DNA of 64,000 nucleotides, from the NCBI RefSeq assembly GCF_048266785.1, contig NZ_JBLWYX010000009.1, positions 52,325-116,324 of the forward strand, written 5' to 3'. Source of the stretch: Marinobacter sp. Lineage in GTDB: Bacteria; Pseudomonadota; Gammaproteobacteria; Pseudomonadales; Oleiphilaceae. Made by a program: the position numbers and the translations under genes. A model generated the notes under the pieces. It was given only the letters and a program-made list of their open reading frames with translations. It was not told the origin of the DNA and did not search any database. Below, in pieces: positions 57,977 to 64,000 of the stretch (position 1 is the first letter of the stretch; each line of letters starts with the position of its first letter).

Positions 57977-59467
57977 ATGAGACGAGCGGTAAATGACCTG
58001 TTAGGTGCTTATGACAAGCTGATCATGGATCCCGTTCATGGGGCCATTCCGCTATACCGCCATGAGGTTCAGGTTATCGACCACCCTTTGTTCCAGCGGC
58101 TGCGCAACATCTGCCAGAACGACATTCTTAGCCTTGTCTTCCCAGGCGCCACCCATTCCCGATTCCTGCACAGCATTGGTGTGATGCATGTGGGCACGCG
58201 CATGTTCCGTTCGATGATTGACGCCTATCTCAGGGAGCGTCAGCTCAGCGACCAGACGGATCTGAGCCTCAGCCAACTCGATGCCATCGATTATCTGGCC
58301 AAGACCATCCGCCTTGGCTGCCTGCTTCACGACAGCGGCCACTCCAGCTTCTCGCACCAGTTTACCCAGGCGCAGCGCATTCGCGATCTTATGTCGCGCT
58401 CTGGCCGGTTTGCAGATCTATGGGAAGGCGTGGACTATTCCGCTTACCACAACGCAGAACCCGAAGAACTCGAACATGAACATTATTCAGTCCGGGTTGC
58501 CCACGATGTGCTGTCGGCGGTCGACCTGGACAGCGCCGGGCTCTATGCCCAGGACGTTATCGGCATTATGGAGACAACCGAGGTTACGCCCAGCGACACC
58601 TTCTGCCGCCATGCCCGTACTTTCTGGGGGTTTATTGCGGGTAAGGATGCCGAGGCAGAATCACTGATCAGTGAGAATATTCCCCGGCTGGTACTGGACC
58701 TTCTGTCCTCAATAGTTTCCGGGGAAATTGATGCCGACCGCGCCGATTACATGCTGCGCGACGGATTTCACTCGTCTGTCACCATTGGCGGGTTCAACCT
58801 TGACCACCTGCTCAGCAACTTGCGCATCGGCTGGGATGAATCAGAGCCTTGGCTGGGGCTGGCAATCACGCAAAAAGGCCTGGGGGCGCTGGAGGATTTT
58901 GTTTACAGCCGCTATCAGATGTATCGCAAGGTTTATGCTCACAAAACGGCTCTGGGTTTCGACTGGCTGTTGCGTGAAGCCATCAACGAAGTTCTGGAAG
59001 ACCCGGAAAGCTTTGAATGGATCGACACCTGCCTGAGCAACATGCGTTATTTTGCGGAACTCACCGACAACTTCTTTTGGGAAGCCTTCCGGAAAGTTGC
59101 GCGCCAACGCCCGGAGAGCTTTTCCTTCTGCATTGTTAACCGGGTGAAACTGAATCACCTCGATACCCGCGAAGATTTGTCAGCTAGCGGCATTGCCAGC
59201 CACAGTGCCTGGCTGGCCGGGGCCATGAACTTCAATCCCGCCCATGTTGTTACCTGTTCCATGCGAGCTCGTTTCTCGAACATTCAGGACAACTTCAACG
59301 GTATCAAGGTGCTGATACGGGATCCGGTCAATCGTACGCGTTCACTGAAAAAGATCACCGACGTCAGTGCCTTCTTCAGCAAATTCAGCGACGGTACGAT
59401 TACGCATTTCTATACGCGCCCGGATATCACCAACGATCCAGGGCCAGGCATTAGCATTACCGGTTGA
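57977..59467 (+). CDS. HD-domain phosphohydrolase (SAMHD1/dNTP triphosphohydrolase-like)
   Basis: DPVHG, FQRLRNICQ, ATHSRFLHSIG, LLHDSGHSSFSH, EHEHYS, IDADRADYMLRD, RYQMYRKVYAH. Confidence 0.85.
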   Translation: MRRAVNDLLGAYDKLIMDPVHGAIPLYRHEVQVIDHPLFQRLRNICQNDILSLVFPGATHSRFLHSIGVMHVGTRMFRSMIDAYLRERQLSDQTDLSLSQLDAIDYLAKTIRLGCLLHDSGHSSFSHQFTQAQRIRDLMSRSGRFADLWEGVDYSAYHNAEPEELEHEHYSVRVAHDVLSAVDLDSAGLYAQDVIGIMETTEVTPSDTFCRHARTFWGFIAGKDAEAESLISENIPRLVLDLLSSIVSGEIDADRADYMLRDGFHSSVTIGGFNLDHLLSNLRIGWDESEPWLGLAITQKGLGALEDFVYSRYQMYRKVYAHKTALGFDWLLREAINEVLEDPESFEWIDTCLSNMRYFAELTDNFFWEAFRKVARQRPESFSFCIVNRVKLNHLDTREDLSASGIASHSAWLAGAMNFNPAHVVTCSMRARFSNIQDNFNGIKVLIRDPVNRTRSLKKITDVSAFFSKFSDGTITHFYTRPDITNDPGPGISITG

Positions 59468-60500
59468 GAGAGTTTGCTGAACGCGCAGTCACCAGGCTAC
59501 AGGCGCTATCGAAGGCGCCTTCAACACGGCCGCCGCTGAGCCAGTCTCCGGCAACACCAATTCGATGTTCTGGAAACCACAGGTGACCGGGGTTGGCGCC
59601 ACCCTCAGAGCGGGCATACAGCCAGCGGTGCGATAATGCTTCCGTAACCTCGACCTCTGTACCTGTGAGCTCCCTGAATGCAGCAATCAGCTCTGATTTC
59701 ACCCGGTCTGGCGAGGCGTCCACATTGCGCTCAGTCCACTCGGGATTCGCATGCAGAACCCACCATATACCCTTTTCAACCTGATCCGCGCTCGCGCGGC
59801 CCGGTTTGCTGGAGTTGTTTGCGACCCAGAAAAGCACTGGATTATCGCAGCGCATGCCCTCATGGCGGGGCCACGGGTTTTCGGTGAAATGCGCCGCCAC
59901 GGCCCAACACGGCAGCACTCGGCTTACCGCATCATCAAGCTGGGCTGCGGGTTCTGGCAGGTCGCTCTGGGCAAGTAGGTCTTGAGCCTGGGCGGGAGGG
60001 GTCGTGATAATGACCTCGTCAAATACGCCCACCTCGTCCTCATTACTGTTAGTCAGAACCCAACCTTTGTCAGTTCGGACCATGCTTTCAATACGTGTTT
60101 CCGCAATCACCGTGGCGTGGGCAGACAGCGCACGGGAAATTGCGGTCATTCTTGGCGTGCCCACATACCGGGGCTCATCCGGAAACCCCTGCCACTGGTT
60201 ATCTTTGCCTTGAAACCCGAACTGGCCATTCCAGGTGGCAAAGCTGCCGTCGCCCGCAAACTCTTTCAGGAATGGCAAGAAATCCGGATTGCGTGAAGTA
60301 AAGTATTGCGCCCCTATGTCCACGGACCCATCGACAATCCGTTTTGCGGCCAATCGACCACCTGGGCCCCGGCTTTTTTCAAACACAATGACATCGTGGC
60401 CCTCGTGCTTCAGTTTGATTGCGGCAGTCAGACCCGCAAGGCCTGAACCAACAATTGCTATGCGGCGTATATCAGTTGTATGAAATGTCTCATTAAGCAT
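59457..60500 (-). CDS. Renalase-like FAD-dependent oxidoreductase
   Basis: GSGLAG, EKSRGPGGRLA, DIGAQYF, HRWLYA, AGDW..GGRVEGA; probable start ATG 60500. Confidence 0.9.
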   Translation of the reverse strand: MLNETFHTTDIRRIAIVGSGLAGLTAAIKLKHEGHDVIVFEKSRGPGGRLAAKRIVDGSVDIGAQYFTSRNPDFLPFLKEFAGDGSFATWNGQFGFQGKDNQWQGFPDEPRYVGTPRMTAISRALSAHATVIAETRIESMVRTDKGWVLTNSNEDEVGVFDEVIITTPPAQAQDLLAQSDLPEPAAQLDDAVSRVLPCWAVAAHFTENPWPRHEGMRCDNPVLFWVANNSSKPGRASADQVEKGIWWVLHANPEWTERNVDASPDRVKSELIAAFRELTGTEVEVTEALSHRWLYARSEGGANPGHLWFPEHRIGVAGDWLSGGRVEGAFDSACSLVTARSANSLNR

Positions 60501-60509
60501 GGCTATGGT

Positions 60510-60537
60510 GCATCCAAGTACTGTGGTATGAGCGTAC
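60510..60537 (+). promoter_or_regulatory. Possible sigmaE (ChrR-regulated type) promoter
   Basis: GCATC-N18-CGTAC versus the recalled consensus TGATC-N18-CGTA; the -35 has two mismatches. Confidence 0.3.
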
Positions 60538-60629
60538 AAACTGTCAAGCAACAAGGCCCGGCTTCTTTTAAAACCTAGCCGAAGACCGCGCCCTTCACGT
60601 TCAATTCAGAGAAAAAGGGCAATGAGGGT

Positions 60630-61586
60630 ATGACCCGAGTGCATAACGTGTTTATTAATATCTTGAGGTGGTTCGATTCGGATGCCGGTTCGGATCACAT
60701 TGACGCGACCTCCCGTTCGTTCAATTTTGTGCGTGTCATACCGTTTCTGGTGCTTCATTTAACTTGCCTGCTGGCATTTTACACCGGCGTAAGTGCGTTT
60801 GCGGCTGGTTTCGCCCTCGTCTTCTTCGTGGTTCGGATGTTTGCCATTACCGGATTCTACCATCGGTACTTTGCACACAAGACCTTCAAAACGAGCCGTC
60901 CGGCCCGGTTTGTGTTCGCACTGCTCGGCGCCAGCGCCGCTCAGCGTGGCCCACTTTGGTGGGCTGCGCATCACAGGCATCATCATCAGCATTCTGATAG
61001 GGAGCAAGATCTGCATTCACCTCATCAGGGGGGCTTCTGGTGGTCCCACATGGGATGGTTTACCTGCGACGCCGGATTCGTAACCGATGAGCGTCGCATT
61101 CGCGACTGGCTCAAGTTTCCTGAACTCAAGCTTATCAACCGGTTTGATGCACTGATTCCGGCAGCTGCGGCCATTGTGATTTACGGCCTGGGTGAAGCGC
61201 TGGCTGCCTGGGCACCGGGGCTTGGCACCAACGGTTTACAAATGCTGATATGGGGCTTTTTTGTTTCCACTGTGGTGCTGTTTCATGCCACCGTTTCGAT
61301 AAATTCGCTATCGCACGTCTGGGGTAAGCGTCGTTTTGAAACCTCAGACGACAGCCGAAACAACTTTTGGCTTGCCCTCCTGACCCTTGGTGAAGGATGG
61401 CACAACAACCATCATCGCTGGCCCCAGTCTGTAAGGCAGGGTTTTCGCTGGTATGAGATAGATGTGACCTGGTACGGGCTCTGGGTGCTGTCGAAACTGG
61501 GCATCATCTGGGATTTAAACCCGATACCCGAGCATATTCAGGAAGAAACCCGCCAACTTGACCAAATGAGGAGGGCGCAGAAATGA
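60630..61586 (+). CDS. Acyl-CoA (delta-9 type) fatty acid desaturase
   Basis: His boxes HRYFAH, HRHHH, HNNHH. Confidence 0.93.
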   Translation: MTRVHNVFINILRWFDSDAGSDHIDATSRSFNFVRVIPFLVLHLTCLLAFYTGVSAFAAGFALVFFVVRMFAITGFYHRYFAHKTFKTSRPARFVFALLGASAAQRGPLWWAAHHRHHHQHSDREQDLHSPHQGGFWWSHMGWFTCDAGFVTDERRIRDWLKFPELKLINRFDALIPAAAAIVIYGLGEALAAWAPGLGTNGLQMLIWGFFVSTVVLFHATVSINSLSHVWGKRRFETSDDSRNNFWLALLTLGEGWHNNHHRWPQSVRQGFRWYEIDVTWYGLWVLSKLGIIWDLNPIPEHIQEETRQLDQMRRAQK

Positions 61587-62050
61587 AACCTGCCCCGACT
61601 ATCGAAGTAGGACATCCGAATTCGATCGTGCCTGCAACACTGGCGCAATTCAGGGTTCTATTTAACCAGCTTGATAAAGGCAACCTGAACAAGCTTCCGG
61701 CAGTTTACAGTGAGGACATCCATTTTCAGGACCCCTTTGGTTCTGTGGAAGGTCTCGACGCTTTGACCCGCTATTTTGCTGGCGCTTACGAAAACGTTAT
61801 TTCCTGCCACTTCGCTTTTGAAGATTCCGTTGTTCAGGACTGTTCTGCGAGCATCCCCTGGATAATGCATTTGCGCCACAAGCGCATTCGCGGGGGGAGC
61901 GAGATACAGGTAGCCGGCATCAGCCATCTGACAGTCCGGGACGGCAAAATTTGCTATCACCGGGATTATTTTGATGCCGGCGAACTGCTGTATGAAAATT
62001 TGCCGGTTGTTGGCGGTGTTATTCGCTGGGTTAAGGGTTACGCAGGATGA
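61583..62050 (+). CDS. NTF2/SnoaL-like protein
   Basis: YSEDIHFQDPF, ICYHRDYFDAGELLYE; ATGA overlap. Confidence 0.88.
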   Translation: MKPAPTIEVGHPNSIVPATLAQFRVLFNQLDKGNLNKLPAVYSEDIHFQDPFGSVEGLDALTRYFAGAYENVISCHFAFEDSVVQDCSASIPWIMHLRHKRIRGGSEIQVAGISHLTVRDGKICYHRDYFDAGELLYENLPVVGGVIRWVKGYAG

Positions 62051-62847
62051 ACGATCGCCTCGATACCGTATCCAATATCTGGATTACCGGTGCCAGTTCC
62101 GGCATTGGTGAATCTGTCACCCGCGCGCTGATTCGTGGTGGCCACCGACTGGTGGTTACCGGGCGCCGGCCCGAGCCGCTGGAGAAGCTAAAGGCTCTCG
62201 CACCGGAGCGCGTTACGCCCGCCGTCGCGGACACAACGAGCAAGGACAACCTGCAATCAATTGCGGCAACGCTGGAATCCCATGGTGACCTGAATATGGC
62301 CATCCTCAACGCCGGCACCTGCGAATACCTCGATATTGCGGATTACAGCAGCGATATGATCGAGAAGAACATACAAACCAATGTAATTGGCACTGCACGT
62401 TGCGTTGAAATCGCCTTGCCTGCGTTGCGCCGCACCCGCTCCAAAGGGTTACCCGCCGCGCTGGTGATTGTGGGTTCGTCTGCCTGGTGGTTCCCGTTCG
62501 CCCGGGCCGAGGGCTACGGTGCGTCGAAAGCCGCACTGGCCTATTTTGCCCAAAGCTTGCGAGCGGATCTGGCTGTCGAAGGCATTGATGTGGTTCTGGT
62601 TTCTCCGGGCTTTGTTAAAACGCCCCTGACCGACCGCAACGATTTTCCGATGCCGTTTCTGGTGACCGCCGAAGATGCCGCCGAGCGGATCGTCAGCGGT
62701 CTTGCCAAAGGCCATAACGAAATAGCCTTTCCGAAACGCTTCACCTGGGTTCTGAAATGTCTGGGCGCCCTGCCGCAGCCTCTGATTGATCGAATGGCCG
62801 CCTCGATGGCGCGCAAAAGCTCCAGCGAACAGGAAACCAAGGAATGA
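62047..62847 (+). CDS. Short-chain dehydrogenase/reductase
   Basis: ITGASSGIG, LNAG, YGASK, PGFVKTPLTDRNDFPMPF. Confidence 0.92.
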   Translation: MNDRLDTVSNIWITGASSGIGESVTRALIRGGHRLVVTGRRPEPLEKLKALAPERVTPAVADTTSKDNLQSIAATLESHGDLNMAILNAGTCEYLDIADYSSDMIEKNIQTNVIGTARCVEIALPALRRTRSKGLPAALVIVGSSAWWFPFARAEGYGASKAALAYFAQSLRADLAVEGIDVVLVSPGFVKTPLTDRNDFPMPFLVTAEDAAERIVSGLAKGHNEIAFPKRFTWVLKCLGALPQPLIDRMAASMARKSSSEQETKE

Positions 62848-64000
62848 CCAACGAACGTCAACGTGTTGCTGTTATCGGAGCGGGTGTCTCCGGCCTTACG
62901 GCAGCATGGCTTCTCGCTGAAAAGCACGATGTACAACTCTTTGAAGCCGGCGATTACGCCGGTGGCCATACCAACACCGAGTACGTGGAATCCGGCGGGC
63001 GTATCTGGCCGGTAAACACCGGCTTTATCGTATTCAACGACTGGACATATCCACACTTCATGCGCCTCATGGACCGCCTGGGTGTGCCCTCAGAAGTCAG
63101 CGATATGAGCTTCAGCGTGGATAGCAACACCACGGGCCTCCAGTACAACGGAACCAGCCTGAATACGCTGTTCGCCCAACGCAAAAACCTGCTTAACCTG
63201 TCGTTCCTCAATATGGTTCGGGAGATTTTGAGGTTCAATAAAGAAACCCGAGCGGACTTGGCGGCCGGCACTATTCGACGCACGGAAACCCTTGGCGAGT
63301 ACCTGAACCGCAACGGTTATTCCCGGTATTTCCGAAACAACTACATTGTCCCCATGGGCGCGGCTATATGGTCGGCGCCGGAAATTGTACTTGAACAGTT
63401 TCCGATACGTTTTTTCCTCCAGTTCTTCAATAACCACGGCATGCTGTCGGTAGACGATCGCCCAACCTGGCGCGTTATTTCCGATGGTTCCGCGCAGTAC
63501 GTCAAGGCCATGATGGAGCGGCTCGGGGATCGCATCCATTTGAACTCGCCCGTGCAAGCCGTAAGCCGGGGTGAAAGCAGCGTTACAGTGACTGCTGAAG
63601 GCCAATCACATGAGTTCGATCAGGTTATATTTGGCTGCCACAGTGACCAGGCCTTAGCGATGCTCACCGATCCCAGCGACCAGGAACGCGACATTCTGGG
63701 TGCCATCCCCTATCAGAAAAACGATGTGGTACTGCACACAGACAGCAGCGTGCTGCCAGACAACCGCCGAGCCTGGGCCGCTTGGAACTATTTTATTCCG
63801 AAACACAGCACCGAGCCGGTTTCTGTTACCTACAACATGAACATACTGCAGAATTTCCACAACGCACCGGAAATTTTCTGTGTAACCCTGAATCGAAGTC
63901 ATGACATTGCTCCGGACAAGGTAATCAAGCGATTCAACTACTCTCACCCGGTGTTTACCCTGGAGGCAGTCCAGGCTCAGGAACGTTACATAGAAATTGG
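62844..64000 (+). CDS. FAD-dependent oxidoreductase (amine oxidase family, UfaD-like), truncated by the window edge
   Basis: Not in the ORF track; hand-translated from ATG 62844: MTNERQRVAVIGAGVSGLTAAWLL..GGHTNT..VNTGFIVFNDWTYP; later CHSDQAL and YSHPVF. Confidence 0.88.
   Translation, partial: MTNERQRVAVIGAGVSGLTAAWLLAEKHDVQLFEAGDYAGGHTNTEYVESGGRIWPVNTGFIVFNDWTYPHFMRLMDRLGVPSEVSDMSFSVDSNTTGLQYNGTSLNTLFAQRKNLLNLSFLNMVREILRFNKETRADLAAGTIRRTETLGEYLNRNGYSRYFRNNYIVPMGAAIWSAPEIVLEQFPIRFFLQFFNNHGMLSVDDRPTWRVISDGSAQYVKAMMERLGDRIHLNSPVQAVSRGESSVTVTAEGQSHEFDQVIFGCHSDQALAMLTDPSDQERDILGAIPYQKNDVVLHTDSSVLPDNRRAWAAWNYFIPKHSTEPVSVTYNMNILQNFHNAPEIFCVTLNRSHDIAPDKVIKRFNYSHPVFTLEAVQAQERYIEI

Noticed and set aside
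57977-59467. Antiphage defence island
   Set aside because: A single HD gene among housekeeping genes, with no other defence or mobility genes.

Overview
About 64 kb of mostly core-genome DNA from a marine gammaproteobacterium; gene content suggests Marinobacter or a close relative (inference, no search run). It holds about 55 CDS and one tRNA-Leu(TAA). I found no CRISPR array, integrase, transposase or prophage. Four modules stand out. (1) A sulfur island at 37.7-46.0 kb: a putative H2S/methanethiol S-methyltransferase (MddH/TMT1-like) upstream of thiosulfate dehydrogenase tsdB-tsdA, divergent from a CioAB-type cytochrome bd oxidase plus cydDC. (2) A selenium module at 24.8-31.3 kb: oxidoreductase-fused SelD, the selenosugar synthase SenB and a PhnD-like putative selenate ABC importer, with no SenA/OvsA in the window. 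(3) A TRAP transporter co-oriented with a class II (degradative-type) HMG-CoA reductase, divergent from a MocR regulator with a visible three-box operator; this is a candidate mevalonate uptake and catabolism system. (4) At the right edge, the start of a desaturase/SnoaL/SDR/FAD-oxidoreductase lipid-modification operon of the sigmaE-ChrR (singlet oxygen) type. The rest is housekeeping: recQ, trkH, etfBA/ETF-QO, slyD, gpsA, sixA, rssB/rssC, cls, chemoreceptors and ABC exporters. All family calls are motif recognition by eye.
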